This document shows, in pieces, positions 1 through 9,627 of a stretch of DNA of 64,000 bases (within the stretch, counting starts at the first letter, position 1; each line of letters begins with the position of its first letter). The position numbers were made by a program, and so were the translations under genes. The notes below the pieces were generated by a model that saw only the letters and a list, made by a program, of their open reading frames with translations, did no database searches and was not told the DNA's origin. The stretch is from an uncultured Hyphomonadaceae bacterium (GTDB lineage: Bacteria; Pseudomonadota; Alphaproteobacteria; Caulobacterales; Hyphomonadaceae): assembly GCA_913057945.1 (NCBI GenBank), contig CAJXOF010000011.1:59121-123120 (forward strand). Direction: 5' to 3'.

Positions 1-2
1 TC

Positions 3-752
3 GCCAAGGGCTGCCAGCTCGTCCTGATCGAAAGCCCGGCCAACCCCCTGCTCGACGGGGTCGACATCGAGGCGGTTGCCAAGCTCTGCAAGGCTGCTGG
101 CGCGATTCTGGTGGTCGACAATGTGTTCGCGACCCCCATCCTCCAGAAGCCTCTGGAACTCGGCGCGGATGTGGTCGTCTACTCGACCACCAAGCATATG
201 GATGGCCAGGGCCGGGTCATGGGCGGCGCCATCCTGTGCGATTCGGCGCGGATGGAAGAAATCTACGATCCGTGGCTGCGCCATCTCGGCCCGGCCGCCT
301 CGCCATTCAATGCCTGGGTCGTGCTCAAGGGGCTCGAAACGCTGAAACTGCGCGTCGACCAGCAGACAAAAAATGCAGCCCGCCTCGCCGACGTAATTGC
401 CGATCATCCCGCGATTGCCGCCGTGCGTTACCCGCATCGCGAGGACCATCCGCACTACGAAATCCACAAGCGCCAGATGAGCGCCGGGGGCACGATGATT
501 GCCCTTTCGGTGAAGGGCGGACAGGAAGAAGCGTTCAAGCTTCTGAATTCATTGGAGCTTGTCGATATCTGCAACAATCTCGGTGATACCAAGTCGCTCG
601 CCTGTCATCCCTCCTCCACAACGCACCGCGCGCTCAGCGATGAGGAGCAGGCCTCGATGGGACTTGACCGCAGCTGGATCCGGATGTCGGTTGGGTTGGA
701 AGATTCTGACGATCTTGTAATGGATTTGACCCGCGCCCTTAACAGTGTGTGA
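3..752 (+). CDS. metZ: O-succinylhomoserine sulfhydrylase (Cys/Met metabolism PLP enzyme), 5'-truncated by the window edge
   Basis: Frame is open from base 3 (…LIESPANP…VVDNVFATP…). PLP-lysine motif YSTTKHMDGQGRVMGG; C-terminal NNLGDTKSL…HPSSTTH…RMSVGLED. Confidence 0.85.
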   Translation, partial: AKGCQLVLIESPANPLLDGVDIEAVAKLCKAAGAILVVDNVFATPILQKPLELGADVVVYSTTKHMDGQGRVMGGAILCDSARMEEIYDPWLRHLGPAASPFNAWVVLKGLETLKLRVDQQTKNAARLADVIADHPAIAAVRYPHREDHPHYEIHKRQMSAGGTMIALSVKGGQEEAFKLLNSLELVDICNNLGDTKSLACHPSSTTHRALSDEEQASMGLDRSWIRMSVGLEDSDDLVMDLTRALNSV

Positions 753-776
753 ACGAATTGGATTGAATTTCATCTA

Positions 777-1193
777 ATGGGCAGACGGGTTCCTCCTCCA
801 CAGTACGAACATATCACCGACGGTGTTCGCATCCGCGTGCGTCCGAAATTCATGCATGATGAATCCGAGCCGGCGCGCGCCCGCTTCATGTGGTCCTATA
901 CGGTCGACGTGGAGAATGAGAGCGAGCAGACCTGGACCATCGTGCGCCGTCACTGGCGTATCGTGGACGCCGAAGGCCGGCGTCAGGAAGTCGAAGGCGA
1001 AGGCGTGATTGGCCAGACCCCGACCCTCGGGCCGGGCGAACGGTTCAGCTATACATCAGGCGCGCCTCTGGCCGCGCCGTCCGGCATCATGGGCGGCACC
1101 TATGACCTCAAGGGCGATGATGGCCGCGTGCTGATCGCGACCATCCCGATGTTCTCGCTGGACAGCCCGTACGAGACGTCGCTGCCCAGCTGA
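777..1193 (+). CDS. apaG: ApaG (Co2+/Mg2+ efflux-associated, DUF525)
   Basis: F-x-W-S-Y-T-V…RHWRIVDAEG…VEGEGVIGQTP…FSYTSGAPLAAPSGIMGGTY signature. Confidence 0.92.
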   Translation: MGRRVPPPQYEHITDGVRIRVRPKFMHDESEPARARFMWSYTVDVENESEQTWTIVRRHWRIVDAEGRRQEVEGEGVIGQTPTLGPGERFSYTSGAPLAAPSGIMGGTYDLKGDDGRVLIATIPMFSLDSPYETSLPS

Positions 1194-1209
1194 TCCCTGC
1201 GGGTATTCG

Positions 1210-1956
1210 CTAGCCCTTGATCTCTGCCTTGATCAAATCGTTCAGGCGGGTGCGATCCGCGCCCTCAATGAACTCATTGCCGATCAGGAAGCTGGGCGTG
1301 GCCTCGACCCCGATGGCACGGGCGAGTTGCTTGGACTCCGACAGCTGGCGCTGGATCTCGATGGAGCGCATGTCGGCGCGCATCTTCTTGACGTTCATGC
1401 CTACATCCTTGGCCACCTCGTCGAGCTTGGCTTCGGTCAAATCATCATTGTTCTTGATCGCCATCAGGGCGAGGTGGAACTCGCGATACTTGCCCTGCTT
1501 GCCAGCGGCCAGCGCGGCGAGCGAAGCGGTTTCGCTGATGCCGCCGAAGATCGGCAGTTCCTTGAACACGACCTTGACGTTGCCATCATAGTCTTCCGGC
1601 AGTTCCTGCACCCACTCGACCGAGCGCTTGCACCAGCCGCAGCGATAATCGAAGAATTCCACGACCGTGATCTCTGCATCGGCCGGGCCGATGAAATAAT
1701 CGCCCTCATTATTGTAGATCGCATCGAAATTGCTCGCGATGGCCTTCTGCGCTTCCTGGGAGGCGTCGGCTTTCTGCTTGGCGGCGAGCTTGATCAGCGC
1801 TTCCTCGATGACTTCCGGATTGTCGAGAATGTATTCCCGGACGACCTGCTCCATGGCTTCGCGATCGGCGGCCGGCGCCGATTTGCTCTCGGCGCAGGCG
1901 GGGGTCAGGGCGAGCGCGGCCATGGCGGCCGTCATCATGGTCAGTCTGAAAGTCAT
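1210..1956 (-). CDS. DsbA-family thioredoxin-fold protein (Com1-like), probable lipoprotein
   Basis: EFFDYRCGWCK (CxxC), cis-Pro motif GVEATPSF, VREYILDNPEVI helix. Start moved to ATG 1956 (AGGAAG RBS). Confidence 0.88.
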   Translation of the reverse strand: MTFRLTMMTAAMAALALTPACAESKSAPAADREAMEQVVREYILDNPEVIEEALIKLAAKQKADASQEAQKAIASNFDAIYNNEGDYFIGPADAEITVVEFFDYRCGWCKRSVEWVQELPEDYDGNVKVVFKELPIFGGISETASLAALAAGKQGKYREFHLALMAIKNNDDLTEAKLDEVAKDVGMNVKKMRADMRSIEIQRQLSESKQLARAIGVEATPSFLIGNEFIEGADRTRLNDLIKAEIKG

Positions 1957-2056
1957 GCGAGGGGCTTCCTGTCGTGTCACGTCAATATCGATTCAGATCA
2001 GATATACGGCCTGATGGGCGCGCGTCCATTGGGCCTGACACAAAGTTGATCGGGAA

Positions 2057-3439
2057 CTATTGAACCGTGAACGAGAAACGCGGTCTGCGGCGATACATGT
2101 CGCGATTGTCCGGATTGTTGGCATCCGTCACCAGGAGGATGTCATCTGCGCGGCGATAATCCGGTGTGCCGGGTTCCAGGCTCTGCACGGCGAAGTGTGC
2201 AAACCGGTTCGCCCGCACAATGTCGCCAACAGCATAGGCCGACTCGGCCGTGGCCAGCTGGGCGTCTGCCCGGCGTCCCTGCTTCTCGTACGTGATAGCC
2301 AGTTGCGCCCAGGCGAACGCATTGTTCGGCTCGGCGATCAGCGCGTCATGCAACGCCTTTTCAGCCGCCTCGACATCACCCGGCTCGTCCCGTGCATTCA
2401 ATGAGCGGGCAAGGTTGATCAGCAACAGGGGCTGGCCCGGCTTCAATTCGAGCGATTTCTGGTGCGGCTCCACCGATTCGGCGGCCCGACCGCTTTCAAA
2501 CAGGATCTGGCCTTTCAGTTCCCAGAAATACGGGTTCTTCGGATCATCCTCCAGCAAGGAGTTGATCTCGATCAGCGCCCTGTCGATGTCGGACGCCTGC
2601 ATGGCCGCGATCGAGCGGGCATAGCGAGCGGGCTGGCTCTGGTCACTGGCCGGATATTCCCGCGCCACCTTGTTCGGCGTATCGAGGAAGCCGATCAGCT
2701 TGGCGCGCATCATCTGGTACTGGCGCAATTCGCGATCCGTTTCCGGCGTGTCCATCATGCCGGAATCCTCGGCCAGTTGGCGCACGGTGCGGATCCGGTC
2801 CGAGGCGAGCGGGTGGGCGCGGAAATAAGGATAGCGACGCGCGCTGGACAGAACTTCCTGATAGCGGAAATTCTCGAAGAATTCGACGATGCCGCGCGGC
2901 GACTGGCCAAGCTGCGTCAGGTATTCAACCGCCGCCGCATCGGCCGTCGCTTCTTCCGACCGTGTATGCGTGAAGAAGTTCAGCGCCGCGAATTGCTGGG
3001 ATGAGCCGATCAGGGCCGCGCCGGCCCCGCCCTCGCCGGCCGCCATGGCCAGGATGCCGAGACCGATGGAGAGCAGCGCCGGGCGCATCGCGACCCCGGC
3101 GGCGCGCGAGCGGCTGACCGAGTGGCCACAGGCGATGTGACAGGTCTCGTGCCCGATCACGCCCTTGATCTGCAGCGAGGAATCCGCCGCGATGATCAGG
3201 CCGGTATGGATATGGATGTTCTGGCCGTTCGCCACGAAGGCGTTCAGGGACGGATCATTGATCAGGTACAGGCCGACATCATTCGGCTTCAGGCCCGCCA
3301 CGTCGAGAATGGGGTCTGTCCATTCCCGCAAGGTCTCCTCGATCTCCGCATCGCGGATGAGGCTCTGGGCCGTGGCGCTAGCCGCCATCATCGCGGCGAG
3401 CGCGGCGGTTGCGGCCAGTTTCAGGAAATTCCGCGCCAT
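2057..3439 (-). CDS. M48 family Zn-metalloprotease with TPR region (BepA/YfgC-like)
   Basis: Signal peptide; GVIGHETCH (HExxH), TRSEEATAD, HPL motif; C-terminal TPR-like helices. Confidence 0.9.
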   Translation of the reverse strand: MARNFLKLAATAALAAMMAASATAQSLIRDAEIEETLREWTDPILDVAGLKPNDVGLYLINDPSLNAFVANGQNIHIHTGLIIAADSSLQIKGVIGHETCHIACGHSVSRSRAAGVAMRPALLSIGLGILAMAAGEGGAGAALIGSSQQFAALNFFTHTRSEEATADAAAVEYLTQLGQSPRGIVEFFENFRYQEVLSSARRYPYFRAHPLASDRIRTVRQLAEDSGMMDTPETDRELRQYQMMRAKLIGFLDTPNKVAREYPASDQSQPARYARSIAAMQASDIDRALIEINSLLEDDPKNPYFWELKGQILFESGRAAESVEPHQKSLELKPGQPLLLINLARSLNARDEPGDVEAAEKALHDALIAEPNNAFAWAQLAITYEKQGRRADAQLATAESAYAVGDIVRANRFAHFAVQSLEPGTPDYRRADDILLVTDANNPDNRDMYRRRPRFSFTVQ

Positions 3440-3531
3440 GCAAAGCGCCTCCTGTTGATTGCATCTACATCCCTGATTTTATGGGACGCCTACACGATTG
3501 GCGAGGGGTTCCTCGCACTATAACGCATTTG

Positions 3532-4542
3532 TCAGGAATCAGCTGACTGGAAGATGAATGTCAGGGCCGGATCGAGGCGGATACCGATATCGGCCCCTGT
3601 CTGCGGCGCCGTGATGCGTGGCACCAGCGCCGTCAGGGCCTGTCCCTGGCAATCGAGCAGCAGGCGGCAGAGCGGACCCGTCAGCTGGCTGGCGGTGACT
3701 CTTGCGCGAATCGGCGAGTCCTCATCCTGCACCACGCCTTCCGGGCGTACGATCAGTTCCGCTCCGGCCGGCACGGCCTGCCCGGCAAGCCCCTCTGGCA
3801 AATCGGCCGCGCGAATACGGCTGACCGGCCCGAGCGCTGCAGCAATCGCAGCACTTTCCGGCTTCATGTAGACGTCTGCGGCCTTGCCCTGTTGCAGCAG
3901 GCAGCCGCCCTGCAGGATGGCGATACAGTCGGCGCTTTCCAGCGCTTCGGTCGGGTCATGCGTTACCAGGAGCGCCGGAATACCCGCCTCCCGGATCGCC
4001 GCCAGCGCCGTATCGCGCACACTGCCCCGCAGTGCCGGGTCGAGGCCGGAGAACGGTTCGTCCATCAGGATTGCTGCCGGTTCGGGGGCGAGCGCGCGGG
4101 CAATCGCGACGCGCTGTTGCTCTCCGCCGGAGAGTTCATGCGGGAAGGCGTCGGCCCGGCCCGTCAGGCCCAGTCGCTCCAGCCATTCTGCGGCAATCGT
4201 GCGCGCAGCTTCCTTCCCGCGCGATTTGAGGCCGAAGGCAACATTCTGCGCTGCGGTCAGGTGCGGGAACAGCGCGAAGTCCTGGAAGATCAGGCCGATC
4301 CGGCGCTTTTCGGCGGGCACCGTCTTGCCCGGCCTCGAAAGCAATTGCCCCCCTAACCGGATCTCGCCCTCGTCCAGCGGCTCCAGGCCGGCAAACAGGC
4401 GCAGCAAGGTCGACTTGCCCGCGCCCGACCCGCCGAGCAGCGCGGTGATATCTCCCGGCTCAAGATCGAGGCTGACCCCTTCCACCACGGCGGTGGGGCC
4501 GTAGCGGCGGGTCACATGGGTGGCGATCAGGTGGGCGCTCAT
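3532..4542 (-). CDS. Fe3+ ABC transporter ATP-binding subunit (FbpC-like)
   Basis: GGSGAGKS, LSGGEQQR, ILMDEP, C-terminal TOBE-like region. ATG 4542 overlaps the permease stop (ATGA). Confidence 0.9.
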   Translation of the reverse strand: MSAHLIATHVTRRYGPTAVVEGVSLDLEPGDITALLGGSGAGKSTLLRLFAGLEPLDEGEIRLGGQLLSRPGKTVPAEKRRIGLIFQDFALFPHLTAAQNVAFGLKSRGKEAARTIAAEWLERLGLTGRADAFPHELSGGEQQRVAIARALAPEPAAILMDEPFSGLDPALRGSVRDTALAAIREAGIPALLVTHDPTEALESADCIAILQGGCLLQQGKAADVYMKPESAAIAAALGPVSRIRAADLPEGLAGQAVPAGAELIVRPEGVVQDEDSPIRARVTASQLTGPLCRLLLDCQGQALTALVPRITAPQTGADIGIRLDPALTFIFQSADS

Positions 4543-6152
4543 TGGGTGTCCCCCGGACGCGAATGGCTGAGCCGCCACGATAGCAGGATCACGGGCAACA
4601 GGCCCGCCAGCGTGATCAGCAGGGATGGCAAGGCCGCCGCCGCCAGCCGCTCATCCGTGGCATAGGCATTCGCCCGCACCGACAGCGTATCCCAATTGAA
4701 CGGTCGCAACATCAGGGTTGCGGGCAATTCCTTCAGGGATTCAACAAACAGGATCAGGGCACCAGCCATGGCGCCTGATAACGCGACCGGCAGGTCGACG
4801 GAAACCGCGCGGCGCAGCGGCGAGGCGCCAAGGCTCTCGGCGGCATAGCCCATCGAGGCGGGCGCCCGGCCAAGCGCCGCCACCATCGGCTCCGCCCCGG
4901 AGGTCGTGAACCGGCTGGCATAGACCCAGGCGAGTGCGATGATCGCCCCCGCGCCGGTCAGTGTAATTCCGAGATAGCCCATCACCAACAGTGCGCCGAG
5001 CGCGAGAACGGCGCCCGGAATGGCATAGCCGGTCGAGGCCATCAGCCGCGCAAAGCCGGCAATCAGTCCGCTCTGCCGGGCCGTCAGCGCAATCACCATT
5101 GCCAGCACGAAGGCCAGCGCCGCGCCTGAACCGGCGAGGATCAGCGTGTTCACCAGCGCCCGGCCAATCGGCGCGATCTGGCCCTGCGATTCCATGACCA
5201 GCCAGATGAGGCGCGACATGGGCAGGACAAACGTCGCGAGGAACAGGAGCGCGCAGGCCGCCATCGCCCCCAGCCCGGTCCAGCGGGGCAAGCGCGTCCG
5301 GGACACGTTGCGCCAGCGGGTCGAGCTTTGCTGGCTGCCGGCGCGGCCCCGTGTATGACGCTCCGTCAGGATCAACGCGATCACGATCACGACCAGAACC
5401 AAGGCGAGTCGCGCCGCAGCGGCCGGTTCGCCAAAGCTCTGCCAGGCGCGCACGATGCCGAAGGTCAGGGTCGGCACACCGAGATACTCGGCAGCGCCAT
5501 AATCTGCGGCCGCTTCCATCAAGGTCAGCGCGAGCCCCGCCGCAATCGCCGGGCGTGCAGCCGGCAATGCCACCTGCCAGAACCGGCGCGCACTGCTCGC
5601 CCCCAGGCTGCGGGCCGCTTCCAGCGCGCAGACCGATTGCGACACGAACGCCGCCCGCGCCGTCAGGTAGACATAGGGGTACAGCGCGCAAGTCAGCACG
5701 AAGGCGAGCCCCGGCAGGCTACGCATGTCCGGGAACCAATAGTCGCGCGCCGTCCAGCCTGTCGCCTCGCGGATCGCCACCTGAAACGGGCCCATCAGGC
5801 CCATCAAATCGGCATAGGCATAGGCAAGCACATAGCCCGGCGCGGCCAGCGGCAGGATCAGCAACCATTCAAACATGCCCCGTCCCGGGAACTGGTACAT
5901 CGTCACCAGCCACGCCGCTGGCACCGCAATGGCCAGGGTCATGATGGCGGTTAATGCCAGCGTGCCGAGCGTGCCGGTCGTGTAGCCCGTCAGCAGGGTG
6001 TCGCGGATATGGCTCCACGCCTCGCCGCCGCCATTCACGACCCCCGCCAGCAGCGTCACGACAACCGGCACAGCAATGATCAAGCCCGCCAATAAGGCGG
6101 GCCCGTCAATGCTCCTGAAACGGAAGCTGCGTATGGCGGTGTAGGCGCTCAA
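4539..6152 (-). CDS. Fe3+ ABC transporter permease (FbpB-like, two TM modules)
   Basis: Duplicated EAA loops (LEAARSLGAS; AAESLGAS), YPYVY motif, many hydrophobic segments. Confidence 0.9.
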   Translation of the reverse strand: MSAYTAIRSFRFRSIDGPALLAGLIIAVPVVVTLLAGVVNGGGEAWSHIRDTLLTGYTTGTLGTLALTAIMTLAIAVPAAWLVTMYQFPGRGMFEWLLILPLAAPGYVLAYAYADLMGLMGPFQVAIREATGWTARDYWFPDMRSLPGLAFVLTCALYPYVYLTARAAFVSQSVCALEAARSLGASSARRFWQVALPAARPAIAAGLALTLMEAAADYGAAEYLGVPTLTFGIVRAWQSFGEPAAAARLALVLVVIVIALILTERHTRGRAGSQQSSTRWRNVSRTRLPRWTGLGAMAACALLFLATFVLPMSRLIWLVMESQGQIAPIGRALVNTLILAGSGAALAFVLAMVIALTARQSGLIAGFARLMASTGYAIPGAVLALGALLVMGYLGITLTGAGAIIALAWVYASRFTTSGAEPMVAALGRAPASMGYAAESLGASPLRRAVSVDLPVALSGAMAGALILFVESLKELPATLMLRPFNWDTLSVRANAYATDERLAAAALPSLLITLAGLLPVILLSWRLSHSRPGDTQ

Positions 6153-6158
6153 GCGGGG

Positions 6159-7223
6159 TCAGTTCCATCCTGCGCGGTCATAGATCGCCTGCGCCTCGGC
6201 CTGGTTTTCCCCAAGCCTGTTGAGAGAGAATTCGCTTTCCTTGAAATCGGGCGGAAGCCGGTCGAGTCCTTCAGGCATCTCGGCCCCGGCAACCAGCGGG
6301 ATTTCCTTGGTCTCGGTGGTCAGCAGGAACTGGCCTTCCTCGGTGGCCAGCCATTCGATGAACTGGATGGCGGCCTCCTTGTGCGGGGCATGGGCGGCAA
6401 CGCCCGCGCCGGTGACGTTCACATGCGCGCCCCAGCTATCCTGCTGCGGGAAGGAGAGCATGGTCTTTTCGACCGATTTGCGCTGGGCATCGGAGCCTTG
6501 CGTCATGCGTACCCAGTAATAATGGTTCACCAGCGCCACCGAGCACTGGCCGGCGGCAATGGCCTCGATCTGGCCGGTATCCCCGCCCTGCGGAGGCCGC
6601 GCGAAATTCGCCACGACACTGCGCGCCCAGGCTTCAGCCGTGTCCTTGCCCAGCCGGTCGATCAATTCGCCCATCAGGGAGAGATTGTAGATGTTCGTGC
6701 TGGAACGCATGCACACGTCGCCCTCGAAATTCGCGCTGGCGAGGTCGGCATACTCATCCACCTGTTCCGGCTCGACGCGGGCCGGATCGTAGACGATCAC
6801 GCGCAACCGTTTGGCCAGGCCATACCAGTTATGATCGGGATCGCGGAAATGTTCGGGAATGCGATCCAGCAGGATCTCGGACTCCATAGGCTGCATCAGC
6901 CCTGCCGCCTTGAACCGGTAAAGTGTGCCAGCATCGGACGAAATGATGACGTCAGCGGGGCTTTTGTCGCCCTCGGCCTTCATCGCTTCGAGCAATTCGG
7001 CGGCACCGGATTCGCGGAACCGGACCCGGATTCCGGTCTCGGCCTCGAAACGTTTGTAGAGGTTTTTGTCAGAATCGTAGTGCCGCGCGGAATATACGTT
7101 CAGCAGGCCCGTTGGCTCGGCTGGCGGTGTAGCCGCAGCTTCAGGCTCCCCCGAAGTCCCCGACGGCCCTCCACAGGCAGAAAGGATAACGCAGGCGGCG
7201 GCCAGGGGCACATACCATTTCAT
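6159..7223 (-). CDS. Fe3+ ABC transporter substrate-binding lipoprotein (FbpA/FutA-like)
   Basis: Lipobox LSAC; YSARHY, IYNLSL, GGDTGQI and VNHYY iron-ligand motifs. Confidence 0.92.
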   Translation of the reverse strand: MKWYVPLAAACVILSACGGPSGTSGEPEAAATPPAEPTGLLNVYSARHYDSDKNLYKRFEAETGIRVRFRESGAAELLEAMKAEGDKSPADVIISSDAGTLYRFKAAGLMQPMESEILLDRIPEHFRDPDHNWYGLAKRLRVIVYDPARVEPEQVDEYADLASANFEGDVCMRSSTNIYNLSLMGELIDRLGKDTAEAWARSVVANFARPPQGGDTGQIEAIAAGQCSVALVNHYYWVRMTQGSDAQRKSVEKTMLSFPQQDSWGAHVNVTGAGVAAHAPHKEAAIQFIEWLATEEGQFLLTTETKEIPLVAGAEMPEGLDRLPPDFKESEFSLNRLGENQAEAQAIYDRAGWN

Positions 7224-7268
7224 GGAACAAACTCTCTCTCAGCGGCATTGGTCTCTTGTTCAATCACA

Positions 7269-7287
7269 GTTGAGAATGGATCGCAAC
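7269..7287. promoter_or_regulatory. Fur-type iron box upstream of the Fe3+ ABC operon
   Basis: 19-bp imperfect palindrome GTTGAGAATGGATCGCAAC resembling alphaproteobacterial Fur boxes (TGCGA/TGAGA-N-TCGCA), about 45 bp upstream of the iron-binding protein gene. Confidence 0.7.
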
Positions 7288-7364
7288 AAACGAGATGCGC
7301 GACCTTTTTGCCCGATTTTTGCACAGACCGACGGAAACGACCGTAAAGCGCATGAATCTCATGT

Positions 7365-7376
7365 TGCATTGCACAA
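7365..7376 (+). promoter_or_regulatory. Putative PhaR-type box
   Basis: TGCATTGCACAA matches TGCRNYGCASMA; the same motif lies upstream of the phasin gene (32748-32759). Confidence 0.45.
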
Positions 7377-7455
7377 AAAACGGTAACGATATGAGCCTAC
7401 AAAATGTGTCCGCCAAAATGGACCGAAAAAATAATAAGGTGGTTGAGGGATAACA

Positions 7456-7704
7456 ATGAGTGATATCGTGGTGAATCTGCATCTCGGCTCCCCGGAAGAA
7501 GATGCACTCCTGTCAGCAACGCTGGACGCCTTCGTCATCGAGCAGCTTGATCGGGAAGCCGACGAGGGCCCGGAAATGATGGTGCGAACCGCCGTCCGGC
7601 CGACGGGAGAATTCTGCAAGGAAGTCGTCTTCCAGAGCCAGAAATGGGCCGAAGCCTTCCAGACCTATTGGGAAAGCCAGAAAATGCAGGTCTCCGCCGC
7701 CTGA
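7456..7704 (+). CDS. Small acidic hypothetical protein (82 aa)
   Basis: GAGGG RBS, typical codon usage, fills the gap between fbpA and thiO. Confidence 0.8.
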   Translation: MSDIVVNLHLGSPEEDALLSATLDAFVIEQLDREADEGPEMMVRTAVRPTGEFCKEVVFQSQKWAEAFQTYWESQKMQVSAA

Positions 7705-7742
7705 GCGTTCTATTCCGCTGCGGGATAGCCTAGATAGCGCAC

Positions 7743-8903
7743 ATGACCTGCGCCGCCCGTCCCACCTTGTCCGCCCCCCGCATCGCAATTGCCGGGGCTG
7801 GCATCATTGGCCTCAGCTGCGCGCTGGAACTTGCCCGGCGCGGCGCGACCATCACCCTTTACGACCCCAACACGCCCGGACGCGGCGCCAGTTGGGCTGC
7901 TGCCGGCATGATTGCGCCTGCCTTCGAAGCCGCCTCCGAGCCGGGGGTTCACCCGAAACTGTTTGATCTCTGCCTCGAAAGCGCACGGCTCTGGCCGGAC
8001 TTTGCCGCCCGTCTGGAAGCCGACAGCGGCGAAACGGTGGGCTATGCGCCGGGACCGTCCCTGGCTGTTGCGGCCGACCCGGACACGGCCCGCCATCTGG
8101 ACGGCATTCTCGACACACTGGCGAAGCGCGGCCTGCCAGGTGATCGGCTCGACGTGGACGGCGCGCGCGCCATTGAGCCCTCCTTGTCGCCGGACCTGCT
8201 TGGCGCCCTGCGGCTCGAAACCGATGGGCATGTGAACAATCGCGCCGTGGTCTCCGCCCTGCTTGGTCTGTGCGAACGCCACCCCTCGATCACGCTGGAG
8301 CCCACGCCTCCGCCGCTGCACTCGTACGGCAGCACGCTGGACAGTGACGGCCATGACCTGATCCTCGTCACAGCCGGCTGGCAGAGCAGTGCCCTGAAAG
8401 TCACCGAGCATGGCCAGCCAGTCAGCCTCGCGAACTGGGACACGTCACTGGGCGAGATCGACACCTATGGCGGCCAGATGCTGTCGGTGGCGCGCCGGTC
8501 CGATCATCCCGCCACCACGCTGCGCGCCGGCCCGATCTATATGGTGCCGCGCGGCAGCGAACTCGTCATCGGCGCCACGATGGAACCGGGCCGCACGACA
8601 GGCATGCCGAATACGGATGATATTGCGGGCCTGTTGTCAGATGCGGCGCGGATTGTGCCCTCACTGGCCGATGCCCGCATCACCTCCACCTGGTCCGGCG
8701 TACGCCCCGGCACGCCCGACTTCGCGCCCTTCCTCGGCCGCACCCGCCAGCCCAACATGTTCATCGCGGCCGGGCATTACCGGAATGGCATCCTGCTGAC
8801 GCCGATCACGGCGCAGATCATCGCAGACCAGATGCTGGGGGCGGCGCCCGGCGACCTTGCCGGTGCCTTCGCGCCGTCCCGCGCGCTTCCGGCCCAGGCC
8901 TGA
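7743..8903 (+). CDS. thiO: FAD-dependent glycine oxidase (ThiO/DAO family)
   Basis: GAGIIG Rossmann motif, GASWAAAGMIAP, WSGVRPGTPD, GHYRNGILLTP. Confidence 0.75.
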   Translation: MTCAARPTLSAPRIAIAGAGIIGLSCALELARRGATITLYDPNTPGRGASWAAAGMIAPAFEAASEPGVHPKLFDLCLESARLWPDFAARLEADSGETVGYAPGPSLAVAADPDTARHLDGILDTLAKRGLPGDRLDVDGARAIEPSLSPDLLGALRLETDGHVNNRAVVSALLGLCERHPSITLEPTPPPLHSYGSTLDSDGHDLILVTAGWQSSALKVTEHGQPVSLANWDTSLGEIDTYGGQMLSVARRSDHPATTLRAGPIYMVPRGSELVIGATMEPGRTTGMPNTDDIAGLLSDAARIVPSLADARITSTWSGVRPGTPDFAPFLGRTRQPNMFIAAGHYRNGILLTPITAQIIADQMLGAAPGDLAGAFAPSRALPAQA

Positions 8904-9035
8904 ATTTCCTGGGACTCAGCGCAGGAATGCGTATGTAGGCGCTTCGATCCGCAGAGGAACCAATGGAGGCCAAAGACATGGATTACGCAAAGCCCAATGC
9001 TTCGCGGACCCTTTCCATGATCCTCCGGCCTTCCC

Positions 9036-9560
9036 ATGTCTTCCTGTCTCACGCGCGATTCCCTTTCCCTCACCACGCCTGACGGCATGCCGCTTTTTGA
9101 CGGCCTGACCCTGTCCGTGCACGGCCGCCTTGGCCATCTCGCCCAGATCGCGGACGAGGCTCAGACGGTTACCGAAGCGCTCGGCGCGGCAGACGGGCTC
9201 GCCCGGCTTGCCCGCATGGCGGCGGGAGAGGGCACAGTCGAACGCCTGACATCCCGCATCTCCCGGCTCAACCAGCGGGTCAGCCTGCTGCCCTCGGGCG
9301 GCTCGATCCTCGACGCGATCCGGGCCGTCCAGACGCTCAGCGGCGGCGAACGCCTGCGCGCCGGCCTCGCATCCATCTTCGCGGCGCCGGAACCGCCTGA
9401 ATTGCTGTTGCTGGATGAACCGATCAATCATCTCGACATGGACGCGATTGAAACGCTGGAGACCGCCCTCAAAGCCTATGATGGCGCCCTCCTCGTCATC
9501 AGCCATGACCCGGCCTTCCTGGACGCCATTGGCCTTACGCACTGGATTGCGCTCCCCTGA
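9036..9560 (+). pseudogene. Internally deleted ABC-F family ATPase relic (174-aa open frame, no Walker A)
   Basis: N-terminus (TPDGMPLFDGLTL) and C-terminus (LSGGERLRAG…LLLLDEPINHLD…VISHD) of the alphaproteobacterial two-domain ABC-F family are joined. Both Walker A motifs and most of the roughly 500-aa body are missing. Confidence 0.7.
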
Positions 9561-9627
9561 CGCAGGGCAATCGCTGGACGGGCCTGCATGGCCGCCTTAA
9601 GTCTGGCCCTCAGGAGGACTACGTCAC

